Positions 44,176 to 52,307 of a DNA stretch of 64,000 bases are shown here, piece by piece. Source of the DNA: an uncultured Candidatus Saccharibacteria bacterium (GTDB taxonomy: Bacteria > Patescibacteriota > Saccharimonadia > Saccharimonadales > AWTP1-31); assembly GCA_964409615.1 (NCBI GenBank), contig CAYPDT010000002.1, positions 1,226 through 65,225 on the forward strand. Reading direction: 5' to 3'. Every line of letters starts with the position of its first letter. Positions within the stretch are counted from its first letter, which is position 1. The translations under genes and the position numbers were made by a program. The notes under the pieces were generated by a model. It had not been told where the DNA came from, searched no databases, and saw nothing but the letters and a program-made list of their open reading frames with translations.

Positions 44176-45282
44176 ATGGTTATGCCTAAAAAAACAGAAA
44201 CTGGTGTGGCCAACCTAGAACGAGAACGCCTCAAGAGTCTTATCAATAGCATGACCGACGGTGTAGTAGCTGTCGATAAAAACTTTAAAGTAGTGCTCTG
44301 CAATGGTGCCGCACTCAATTTGCTCGATATTAACAACCTTGGCGAAGGTACCAGTTTATCACGCGTGCTTAAGTTGATAGATAAAGATAATAAAGACGTA
44401 ACACTGGCACATTTAGTCGATAAGAAAAATGTGGCCAGTATCTCTCGCGATCACCGAATTAGCTACCAAGATGGTAGTTTGGTGAATCTGTATATCAGTA
44501 TTGCGCCGGTTCACTTAGGCTACGGCAAAACCGGCGACCAAGGCTTTGTAGTAGTTTTGCGCGATATTACGCACGAAAAATCGCTCGAAGAAGAGCGTGA
44601 TGAATTTATCAGCGTCATTAGCCACGAACTGCGCACGCCAGTAGCTATCGCTGAAGGTAACCTCAGTAATGCGCAGCTTATTGCCGAAAAACACATTCAA
44701 GCTCCCGAAATAACTGGTAGCTTGCAGCAAGCCTACGACCAAGTAACCTTTTTGTCTGGCATGATTAACGACCTATCGATGTTATCACGGGCCGAACGTG
44801 GCAAACTAGCCATGGAGACGGCAGATATTAACGTCCATGACCTTCTGGTCGAACTCGAACAACTCTACACGCCACAGGCCAATGAAAAAGGTCTCAAGCT
44901 CCATACCCATATAGACCCCAACTTAGCTCTACTACATACCAGTCGGTTGTACGTCCGTGAGATTCTGCAGAACTTCATAACCAATGCTATTAAATACACT
45001 GACGAAGGCAGCGTAACCGTTGGCGCCAAAGCCACCGAAAAAGGAGTACAATTCACTGTACAAGATAGTGGTATCGGCATTGGCAAGGCCGACCAAGAAA
45101 AAGTCTTTAATAAATTCTTCCGCTCCGAAGACTTCAAAACTCGCCAGCATAATGGCACTGGCCTGGGCTTGTATGTGGTAGCAAAACTGGCACGTTTGCT
45201 TGGTGCGATTATCAGTCTCGAAAGTGAAGTAGGCAAGGGCTCTACCTTTACTATTCTGGTGCCCCAGGCCAAGAAGAAGTAA
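44176..45282 (+). CDS. cytoplasmic sensor histidine kinase (PAS, HisKA, HATPase_c)
   Basis: H-box ISVISHELRTPVA, N-box QNFITNAIKYT, G-boxes DSGIGI and GTGLGL. No TM segment. No response regulator adjacent. Confidence 0.85.
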   Translation: MVMPKKTETGVANLERERLKSLINSMTDGVVAVDKNFKVVLCNGAALNLLDINNLGEGTSLSRVLKLIDKDNKDVTLAHLVDKKNVASISRDHRISYQDGSLVNLYISIAPVHLGYGKTGDQGFVVVLRDITHEKSLEEERDEFISVISHELRTPVAIAEGNLSNAQLIAEKHIQAPEITGSLQQAYDQVTFLSGMINDLSMLSRAERGKLAMETADINVHDLLVELEQLYTPQANEKGLKLHTHIDPNLALLHTSRLYVREILQNFITNAIKYTDEGSVTVGAKATEKGVQFTVQDSGIGIGKADQEKVFNKFFRSEDFKTRQHNGTGLGLYVVAKLARLLGAIISLESEVGKGSTFTILVPQAKKK

Positions 45283-45327
45283 TCCTCCTTGACCTTTGAT
45301 AGATACTCCGGTATGCTTGACATGTCG

Positions 45328-45353
45328 ACCTACTACATATAGTAGGTTTTTTA
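45328..45353 (+). terminator. Rho-independent terminator after the histidine kinase
   Basis: ACCTACTA-CATA-TAGTAGGT followed by TTTTT. Confidence 0.8.
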
Positions 45354-45369
45354 TTTGTAAGGAGTACGG

Positions 45370-45789
45370 ATGGCCAATAAACCAAAGCGCATACTTAAAA
45401 AAGCTTCACCAACCGTTCGTGAGCGGAGCGAACAGACCGCCAACGCTAACCCAAAATCACAGCGCGTACGTAATACCGCTCGCAAAGCCAGCACCCCGTT
45501 CCGTGCAGTCGGCCGTTTTATTGCTAAAATTCTTCGACCATTCCGCTTCTTGCTGTGGCCCTTCAAAACTCGCCCAGTCCGTTTTATTGGCCGTGTGATT
45601 GCAAGCATCTTATTTCTCCGATATTTCCGAGAATCATGGAAAGAACTTCGCCAAGTGAGCTGGCCCGGCCGTCGCGAGACATGGCAGCTAACATTTGCCG
45701 TGTTCATCTTTGCCCTAGTGTTTGGCCTGATGATAACAGTTGTCGACTATGGACTCGACAAATTATTCCAAAAGATATTATTGAAGTAA
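45370..45789 (+). CDS. secE: preprotein translocase subunit SecE with a long basic N-terminal extension
   Basis: C-terminal ELRQVSWPGRRETWQLTFAVFIFALVFGLMITVVD; precedes nusG. Confidence 0.88.
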   Translation: MANKPKRILKKASPTVRERSEQTANANPKSQRVRNTARKASTPFRAVGRFIAKILRPFRFLLWPFKTRPVRFIGRVIASILFLRYFRESWKELRQVSWPGRRETWQLTFAVFIFALVFGLMITVVDYGLDKLFQKILLK

Positions 45790-45817
45790 TCACCGCAAAG
45801 GAAGCAGGAGAAATACA

Positions 45818-46360
45818 ATGAGCAAACGATACGATACAACCAAACAATGGTACGCCATTCATACCTACAGTGGCTACGAAGAAAAAGTAGCAGAAAGCAT
45901 TCGTCAGCGTGCTGAGAGTCTTGATATGAAAGACAAAATCTACCAAGTACTTGTACCAAAAGAAAAAATGATTGAAATCAAGAACGGTAAACGCAAAGTT
46001 GTCGAAAAGCGCATCTTCCAAGGTTACGTTATTGTACAAATGAAACTCAGCGAAGACGCATGGTATATTGTCCGAAACACACCTGGCGTAACCGGCTTCG
46101 TAGGCACCGGCACCGAGCCAACCCCGATTGATGACGACGAGATGGAAAAAATCAACAAGCGCATGGGTCTTGAACAACCTAAGCACAAGATTGACTACAA
46201 AATCGGTGACGTGGTTAACATTACCGACGGACCATTCAAGAGTTTCGATGGTACCATCAACGAAATCGACCCAGCCAAGGGTAAGCTCAAAGTCTTGGTC
46301 AACATGTTTGGTCGTGAAACTCCTGTCGAACTCGACAGCCTCCAAGTTAAACGAGTCTAG
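45818..46360 (+). CDS. nusG: transcription termination/antitermination factor NusG
   Basis: KQWYAIHTYSGYEEKV (NGN domain) and KOW domain GDVVNITDGPFKSFDG. Confidence 0.96.
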   Translation: MSKRYDTTKQWYAIHTYSGYEEKVAESIRQRAESLDMKDKIYQVLVPKEKMIEIKNGKRKVVEKRIFQGYVIVQMKLSEDAWYIVRNTPGVTGFVGTGTEPTPIDDDEMEKINKRMGLEQPKHKIDYKIGDVVNITDGPFKSFDGTINEIDPAKGKLKVLVNMFGRETPVELDSLQVKRV

Positions 46361-46362
46361 AA

Positions 46363-46647
46363 ATGCCCACAGCCTCTCCAGAAAATCCCGGGCTGAACAT
46401 GGCAGCACACCGGTTGTTCATGGCCTGCTCAGCAGATCCCTTCGACGAGGATAATATTAGCGACGTAGCTATTGTTCTGAGTAGACTTGTTGATGAAGTT
46501 GAGCGCGCAGAGGGCACAGCTATTCAAGAGCAAATCGCCGATATTCATAACTGGGCTACCGAACACGCCTGCACGACGCTTATGGGCGAGACGCTTATGA
46601 GTGAACTACTCAAGCTTGCCGGGGTAGAATCTACGGATATAGCCTAG
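46363..46647 (+). CDS. hypothetical acidic protein (94 aa)
   Basis: ORF starting 3 nt after the nusG stop. No motif recognised. Confidence 0.45.
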   Translation: MPTASPENPGLNMAAHRLFMACSADPFDEDNISDVAIVLSRLVDEVERAEGTAIQEQIADIHNWATEHACTTLMGETLMSELLKLAGVESTDIA

Positions 46648-46734
46648 TAGAACTTGGGTTTAGTATATTTATAGAATATTATTGACTTATCTTAAATTTA
46701 GTTTAATATTCATTAAATAAGTTTAAGGAGTTCT

Positions 46735-47076
46735 ATGAACGTTTCTCGAGAAAAATTTCGACCATTTGCCGCTGGCGCCCTGCTTGGCATTAACGCATTA
46801 GCAGTCGGCTTTATGATTGCAAACCACCAAGACGAAGGTGTATTGACCGTACCAGAAGGTGACCGCGTTGTTAACGTAACCAACACCTACATCACCGAAA
46901 CCCGTACATACCAGCAACCTGGTGTTGACGAAAACAATGATGGCGCTACTGATGTGCAAAAACAAGAAGTTGATTTTGCACCAGAAGCCTATGCTGGTCT
47001 TGGTTTACTTGCTCTAGACGCAATGATGCTACCTGCCGTTACGGGTGTTACAATCCGCCTCGGTAAAGGTAACTAG
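46735..47076 (+). CDS. hypothetical membrane protein (113 aa, TM helices at the N- and C-termini)
   Basis: AAGGAG RBS 5 nt upstream. Hydrophobic segments FAAGALLGINALAVGFMIA and AYAGLGLLALDAMMLPAV. Confidence 0.55.
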   Translation: MNVSREKFRPFAAGALLGINALAVGFMIANHQDEGVLTVPEGDRVVNVTNTYITETRTYQQPGVDENNDGATDVQKQEVDFAPEAYAGLGLLALDAMMLPAVTGVTIRLGKGN

Positions 47077-47098
47077 TTTTTAGCTATTCTCCACAATA

Positions 47099-47126
47099 AA
47101 AGCCCTACTTCCGATAGGGCTTTTAT
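47099..47126 (+). terminator. Rho-independent terminator
   Basis: AAAGCCCTA-CTTCCGA-TAGGGCTTT followed by T and then ATG. Confidence 0.7.
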
Positions 47127-47143
47127 GTATTGAGGATACACAG

Positions 47144-47173
47144 TAGACAACAGGGGTAGACATGTAGTATAAT
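47144..47173 (+). promoter_or_regulatory. promoter candidate for rplK-rplA
   Basis: TAGACA, 18-nt spacer, TATAAT, about 95 nt upstream of rplK. Confidence 0.4.
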
Positions 47174-47269
47174 GCTTAGGTTACGCACAAGCCAGATGCT
47201 TCACTGGCACGCTGAGTTCAGATATGAACAAAGCGAGATGCATTTCTAATAACATAACGGAGAACTTCC

Positions 47270-47704
47270 ATGGCTAGTAAGAAACAGGTTAAAGCTAACC
47301 TGAAAATGAAAATTCCTGCCGGACGAGCAAGCGCAGCACCACCAGTTGGTAGCACACTCGGCCAGTACGGTGTGAACATGATGGATTTTATCAATCCATT
47401 TAACGACGCAACTAAAGATATGCAGGGTGCAACCGTCACTGCTCATATCACCATCTACGATGACCGTTCGATGGACTTTCGTGTAGTTGGCGCACCTACC
47501 GACGACCTTATCCGTGCTAAGCTCGGTATCAAAAAGGGTTCAGGCAAACCAAACAGCGAAAAAATTCCAAAGAAGCTCAGCGACCAAGCATTGACCGAAA
47601 TCGCAGAAGCTAAAGCACACGACATGAACACCGACGATATCCCAGCCGTCAAAAAGATGGTTGCCGGCACCGCACGTTCAATGGGCGTCGAAATCGAAGC
47701 GTAA
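47270..47704 (+). CDS. rplK: 50S ribosomal protein L11 (uL11)
   Basis: KMKIPAGRASAAPPVGSTLGQYGVNMMDF motif. Confidence 0.97.
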   Translation: MASKKQVKANLKMKIPAGRASAAPPVGSTLGQYGVNMMDFINPFNDATKDMQGATVTAHITIYDDRSMDFRVVGAPTDDLIRAKLGIKKGSGKPNSEKIPKKLSDQALTEIAEAKAHDMNTDDIPAVKKMVAGTARSMGVEIEA

Positions 47705-47759
47705 TTTTAAATAACTTGTGGGAGGCTTAACAGCCGCTTGCACCACGAAAGGATACACA

Positions 47760-48737
47760 ATGGCAGAAGCTAAGAAAGAAACCACCAAAAAGAAAACTAC
47801 CAAGGCCGAAGAGCCTGCAGTAGAAGTAGTGGAAGTGGCAGAAGTGGTCGAAACAACTCCTGAAGTTGCAGCAGAAAAAACGCCAGCGGAAACCAAGCCA
47901 AAGGCCACCGCCAAAGCTGGTAAGCGCAGCGAAAAGGCTATCAAAGAAGCTGAAGAAAAAGAAGCCAAAGAAGAGCGCAAAGCTGCCGCAAAAGCAGATG
48001 AAGAAGCTCCGAAAGCTAAGCCTGCTCCAAAGACTCGAAGCATCCTAGAGCGAAAAGGCAAGAAGTTCCGTGAAGTCGCCAAGCTTGTTGAAGCTGAAAA
48101 AGACTACACTCTCAGCGAAGCTCTCAAGCTCGCTGCTAAAACTAACCCGAGCAAATTCGATGCAACCGTGGAGTTGCACATTCGCTTGAATGTTGATCCA
48201 CGCCACGCTGACCAAAACATCCGTGGCAACCTTGTACTGCCTGCTGGTACTGGTAAGAGCGTACGTGTTGCTGTGTTTGCAGAAGCAGAAGACGCTGCAA
48301 AAGCTAAGAAAGCTGGCGCAGAGATTTCGGGGATCGAAGAAGTCACTAAAGACCTGGACAAAGGGATCATTAACTTTGACGTTCTTGTTGCTGTTCCAAC
48401 TCAAATGGCTAAGCTCGGTAAGTACGCTCGTTTGCTTGGTCCACGTGGCCTTATGCCAAACCCAAAGAGTGGTACTGTTACGCCAAACGTAGTCAAAGCC
48501 GTTGAAGAAGCTAAAGCTGGTCGTATTGAATTCCGTGTCGACAGCACTGGTATCGTACACCTCGGTATTGGTAAAGTTAGCTTTGGTGATGGTAAACTTG
48601 GCGACAACGCTAAAGCAGTTATCGCTAGCATCAAGGGCGCAAAGCCTGCGAGCGTAAAAGGTAACTACGTAAAGTCTGTATTCGTTAGCTCTAGCATGGG
48701 TCCAAGTATCCGTGTTGCAGTTTCTGAGCTGAACTAA
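47760..48737 (+). CDS. rplA: 50S ribosomal protein L1 (uL1) with a roughly 95-aa Lys/Glu/Ala-rich N-terminal extension
   Basis: The L1 core starts near [10 protein letters not shown] and includes [24 protein letters not shown]. The ATG at 47760 has an AAAGGA RBS. The track's GTG at 47718 is less likely. Confidence 0.93.
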   Translation: MAEAKKETTKKKTTKAEEPAVEVVEVAEVVETTPEVAAEKTPAETKPKATAKAGKRSEKAIKEAEEKEAKEERKAAAKADEEAPKAKPAPKTRSILERKGKKFREVAKLVEAEKDYTLSEALKLAAKTNPSKFDATVELHIRLNVDPRHADQNIRGNLVLPAGTGKSVRVAVFAEAEDAAKAKKAGAEISGIEEVTKDLDKGIINFDVLVAVPTQMAKLGKYARLLGPRGLMPNPKSGTVTPNVVKAVEEAKAGRIEFRVDSTGIVHLGIGKVSFGDGKLGDNAKAVIASIKGAKPASVKGNYVKSVFVSSSMGPSIRVAVSELN

Positions 48738-48757
48738 AGCTAGTCACTTTCATCAAG

Positions 48758-48790
48758 AGACCGCTCATCACTACTGAGCGGTCTTTTTTG
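48758..48790 (+). terminator. Rho-independent terminator after rplA
   Basis: AGACCGCTCA-TCACTAC-TGAGCGGTCT followed by TTTTT. Confidence 0.9.
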
Positions 48791-48797
48791 TTGGTCG

Positions 48798-48862
48798 TGT
48801 CCAAGGTCCGACCTTGGAAATTCCATACCATAACTCTTGTTTCCAAGGTCGGACCTTGGACA
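48798..48862. repeat. pair of 23-bp inverted repeats in which each arm is itself a 19-bp palindrome
   Basis: TGTCCAAGGTCCGACCTTGGAAA (48798-48820) and its exact reverse complement TTTCCAAGGTCGGACCTTGGACA (48840-48862), with a 19-nt spacer. Confidence 0.9.
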
Positions 48863-48900
48863 AACAGCGATAGGTGGGTGGATGTCGTATAATAAGACTA

Positions 48901-49707
48901 ATGATAATTATTGGCATCACAGGGTCTATCGGGCATGGCAAAACAAGTTTGGCTAAAGCATTCTTACGTCAAGTCTCTCCAGCTCAACATACTGAATCAA
49001 GTATCTTAATAAGCCGTGTTGCCGACGAGCTCAATAAAAGTTTTCCTATCGCCAACCCTACTTCGGGTGATATCGCATCAATTAATGCCTGGCTAAGTGG
49101 CCTGCCTGAAATTCTTCGGCAGGTTGCTCATTTCGCTGGAACCATTAATCCAATTCGTCTGAGCGCTGAGCCGGTTGTAGTTGCTGATCAAGATTTCCAA
49201 AAACTCCATGAATACCTAGAGCTCGTTGAAAAAAATCACTCATTAATCACACAAATTATTACGCCAGATAATAAAGATGAATACCGGCCGATACTGCAAT
49301 GGTTGGGTGCCTACATTACAAAACACGTTAGTCCTACACTTTGGTACGATGAACTTATTCGACAGGCCGCAACGGCCGAAGCTAGTGGTTGTGAATTATT
49401 CGTTATCGGCGGTATCCGATTTCCTAGCGACGGCCAGGTAATTCACCAAGCGGGAGGGCTTATCGTTGCTATCGAAAGGCCAAACATCACACAACAAGAT
49501 GCCGAAGATGCCACTGAAGCGTTTCGTTCTATGGTACCTGTCGATACAACTGTTATAAATGATGGCGCTCTGGGAGCACTCGACCATGCCGTCTATACCA
49601 TTTGGCAGGATATAAAGAACGACAATCTGCAAACACGCTATCAAGTATCACGTTTGGCATTTGATGCTACGCAATCGCCCACTATACAGGGCCGCGATAT
49701 TTTATAA
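48901..49707 (+). CDS. P-loop kinase, dephospho-CoA kinase (CoaE)-like N-terminus with a long C-terminal region
   Basis: MIIIGITGSIGHGKTSLA matches the CoaE-type GxTGxxGxGKT(S) motif. At 268 aa it is longer than a typical CoaE. Confidence 0.5.
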   Translation: MIIIGITGSIGHGKTSLAKAFLRQVSPAQHTESSILISRVADELNKSFPIANPTSGDIASINAWLSGLPEILRQVAHFAGTINPIRLSAEPVVVADQDFQKLHEYLELVEKNHSLITQIITPDNKDEYRPILQWLGAYITKHVSPTLWYDELIRQAATAEASGCELFVIGGIRFPSDGQVIHQAGGLIVAIERPNITQQDAEDATEAFRSMVPVDTTVINDGALGALDHAVYTIWQDIKNDNLQTRYQVSRLAFDATQSPTIQGRDIL

Positions 49708-49713
49708 AAACCT

Positions 49714-50367
49714 TTATTCTTTGGTTGCAGGGAAGTCGGCTTTGAGCTTTTTGATGTCACCTGACGTAATGCACTCAATTTCGGTTTCTCGTTCGTTGCC
49801 CACGCTCGCCACATCCACTCCTTCGATGATATCGCGCTGGTGGTATCGGCTCTTGCGTGCAGTCACTTTGTCGCCTAAGGCTTCAAAAACGAGCTGACAG
49901 AATCGTTCGCCAGGATATAATCGGACTGTCTGTTGCTGGGTGTTATTGCGAATAGGGATAACTAACTGACCTTCATAGCCACTATCGACAATGCCTGTTT
50001 GGTCAACTGAAATTCCTTTGCGGTTAGTAGACGAACGAGGGTACATAACGGCCATAAGGTCATCGGGCACCTTAATACTCTCGAGTGAAGAAACTAAGAT
50101 ATGTTCGCCGGGCAATAAGTCAAAAAACTGACCTTTTTCTAACTCAATAATGTCGAAGTATTCTGGTTGAGTTTCGGCAAAAAAGTCTAGATGAATCTGC
50201 TCGCGCCCGCCAGCCGTAACATGCCACGACTTTGGGACTAAAAAGGTAAAACCGAGTCGTAAATCTACCGCATGAGCTTGAAGCTGAAAACTATCGAGTC
50301 CCGGCTTAAAACCTAGCGTGCCAGCCGAAACATACTCTAAAATTTGTTGTTTGGTTAGAACCGCCAT
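49714..50367 (-). CDS. dCTP deaminase/dUTPase superfamily protein (Dcd-like length, dUTPase-like motif 3)
   Basis: VDLRLG, YPRSSTNRKGI and GIVDSGYEGQLVIPIRN..YPGERFCQLVF motifs. Confidence 0.7.
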   Translation of the reverse strand: MAVLTKQQILEYVSAGTLGFKPGLDSFQLQAHAVDLRLGFTFLVPKSWHVTAGGREQIHLDFFAETQPEYFDIIELEKGQFFDLLPGEHILVSSLESIKVPDDLMAVMYPRSSTNRKGISVDQTGIVDSGYEGQLVIPIRNNTQQQTVRLYPGERFCQLVFEALGDKVTARKSRYHQRDIIEGVDVASVGNERETEIECITSGDIKKLKADFPATKE

Positions 50368-50859
50368 TTACAGTACCTCATATTCAAGCAACAGTGTATC
50401 ACGGTTAAGTTGCCGACTATTAGCAAGTTGAAGGGTGCAATCCAGAGCATCATTGAATAATGTCATGCCCGCTCCAAACAGCTTGGGCTCGAGCGTTAGG
50501 TATAATCGGTCTACTAAACCAGCTTTCATAAACAATGTATAAATTTGTTGCCCGCCACAGATTGCGATGTCTTTAAACCCGTCGCTGTGTAGCCGTGCGA
50601 TTAAAGCACCGGGTTCTTCTGTAGTTGCCTCCAGGTCCGGCAGCTGCAGTTGTTGCCGGGTCATAACAACGGTACGTCGACCTGGCAATGCTCGTCCTAT
50701 AGTCTTAAAGGTTGTGTGACCCATAATCATAACGCCCGCCTTTTTTGTAAGTTCCACAAAAACTTTCTTGTCTTCGGCGCTTGTCCAATCAGCCAGGTGC
50801 TCAGCGTCTTGTGCGATAAAACCATCGGCAGTAACGGCAGCAATAATAAATACGCTCAT
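50368..50859 (-). CDS. folA: dihydrofolate reductase (FolA/RibD_C-like)
   Basis: IIAAVTADGFIA, MIMGHTTFKTIGRALPGRRTVVMTR and ICGGQQIY align with the FolA pattern. Overlaps the ThyA-family gene by 4 nt. Confidence 0.7.
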   Translation of the reverse strand: MSVFIIAAVTADGFIAQDAEHLADWTSAEDKKVFVELTKKAGVMIMGHTTFKTIGRALPGRRTVVMTRQQLQLPDLEATTEEPGALIARLHSDGFKDIAICGGQQIYTLFMKAGLVDRLYLTLEPKLFGAGMTLFNDALDCTLQLANSRQLNRDTLLLEYEVL

Positions 50860-51692
50860 AGTACTATTTTCAACCCTTTAATTCGCTCAGCGGGTTCATA
50901 TTGAGCCACTAGCGCATCATTAATCTCTTCTACCAAACTAGTATCCCGAGCTTCTGCTCTTTGATACGAATTGGCCGGAAGTTGTATTGTGATTTTTGGC
51001 ACATCAAGTTTGCGAGATATCATTTCTTTTGCTGCCTCATAGTGGATGTCATACACATGCGCATTAGCAATAATATGAGTGTAGACGCCCGGCTCAACAC
51101 CTAGTTCTTGCGCCAAAATACATTGCAACAGTGCGAAACCTGCTACATCGTGCGGGAAGCCAAGAATCATATCATTAGATCGCACCACGTTCATCATATT
51201 CAACCGTCCGCCAATAATGTTGACGGTAAATGTATAGGGGCAAGGAACATTACCTTTACTTGTTCCGCCAAGACCATCGCTTGACGGGTCCCAGGTTACA
51301 ACCACTCCATGTCGCGAAGAAGGGTCTTTTTTAAGAAGAGCGACTAACTTGCCGAGCTGGTCACGACCGAAATGCTTGCGCCAACGATAGCCATAGGCCA
51401 CAGTAACTACATCACCAGGGTTTGTGAAGTCATCCCAAATCTTAGTGAAATCTCGAAGAAATATTTCTGGCTTGCGGGCCCCAGAAATAAACCACACTTG
51501 CTCGGCAATAAAAATTTTGGTTGGAATTTTGCGAATCGACAAGATTGGGAAGCCGTCTTTCTGCAAATCAATAGAGAACGATAGTCCTGGCAAAGCCTTT
51601 GTTTCGTGGCCGGTACGCTCATTAACTTCAGCAATACCGCGCGTCATTATGTCTTTCAGTAGACCTTGGTATATCTTGTCAAACTTCGCCAT
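50856..51692 (-). CDS. thymidylate synthase (ThyA)/dCMP hydroxymethylase superfamily enzyme with Asp at the ThyA Asn177-equivalent position
   Basis: ERTGHET, YGYRWR, DQLGKLVALLKKDPSSRH, VPCPY (catalytic Cys), VRSNDMILGFPHDVAGF and AHVYDIH motifs. Confidence 0.8.
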   Translation of the reverse strand: MAKFDKIYQGLLKDIMTRGIAEVNERTGHETKALPGLSFSIDLQKDGFPILSIRKIPTKIFIAEQVWFISGARKPEIFLRDFTKIWDDFTNPGDVVTVAYGYRWRKHFGRDQLGKLVALLKKDPSSRHGVVVTWDPSSDGLGGTSKGNVPCPYTFTVNIIGGRLNMMNVVRSNDMILGFPHDVAGFALLQCILAQELGVEPGVYTHIIANAHVYDIHYEAAKEMISRKLDVPKITIQLPANSYQRAEARDTSLVEEINDALVAQYEPAERIKGLKIVL

Positions 51693-51730
51693 TGTATTCA
51701 GATTATAAATAACTTACCCTTGAATTGACA

Positions 51731-52240
51731 ATGAATAAAGAACAAAGCCCCTCAATCGTCTACCCATACATACATCCTGAAGGCACTTTTAGGTACGTCG
51801 ATAGCACCGACGAGTTCATGCTTGCAGCCAAAGAATTTGCCCACCAGAACTCCTTAGACGACACTATGCCGACCGGAACTGTTTTGGTTAAAGACGGCGA
51901 GATTATTGGTCGTGGAGCAAATGGTAGTAATTATCACAAAGAACATGGTTGCGAGCGAGTACGACTGAACATTCCAACTGGCCAAGGCTACGATTTGTGT
52001 GAAGGTTGTAGCCCTAAAAATCATAGTGAACCCAAAGCAATCGCCGACGCCCAAGCCCACGACAAGGCGACCGATGGTGCTGAAGCATATCTGTGGGGCC
52101 ATTGGTGGTGCTGCGAGCCATGCTGGAAGGCACTTATCGGTAATGGTATTCAGGTGGTCTATCTGCAGACAGGCTCCGAAGTGTTGTTCAACAAAGAAGC
52201 CGCAGGCAATATTATTGGTCATCAGTTCGATGTACAGTAA
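51731..52240 (+). CDS. dCMP deaminase (ComEB/CDA-fold zinc deaminase)
   Basis: HSEPKAI (H[AS]E) and CCEPCWKAL (PCxxC) zinc motifs. The ATG at 51731 is preferred over the track's TTG at 51725. Confidence 0.8.
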   Translation: MNKEQSPSIVYPYIHPEGTFRYVDSTDEFMLAAKEFAHQNSLDDTMPTGTVLVKDGEIIGRGANGSNYHKEHGCERVRLNIPTGQGYDLCEGCSPKNHSEPKAIADAQAHDKATDGAEAYLWGHWWCCEPCWKALIGNGIQVVYLQTGSEVLFNKEAAGNIIGHQFDVQ

Positions 52241-52307
52241 CGAGTAATCCGGGTACAATACAAGTAACAATGTGGGGCTTAATCTTGGTTTACAGGAGGG
52301 AGTACAC

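Noticed and set aside
44176-45282. Orphan cytoplasmic histidine kinase as part of a novel signalling system
   Set aside because: All its domains are canonical (PAS, HisKA, HATPase_c). The lack of an adjacent response regulator is common, and nothing in the sequence links it functionally to its neighbours.
45289-45317. TTGACC-17-TATGCT promoter-like match upstream of secE
   Set aside because: It lies upstream of, and partly within, the histidine-kinase terminator hairpin (45328-45353). A transcript from it would terminate immediately, so it is likely a chance match.
45704-46408. 234-aa minus-strand ORF, and similar long antisense ORFs (3966-4382, 7480-7863, 10074-10568, 47678-48082, 48045-48560, 23886-24356)
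   Set aside because: Each lies antisense to a confidently identified conserved gene (nusG, rpsS/rplV, rpsH, secY, rplA, holB). They have odd composition and no RBS, and are typical shadow ORFs.
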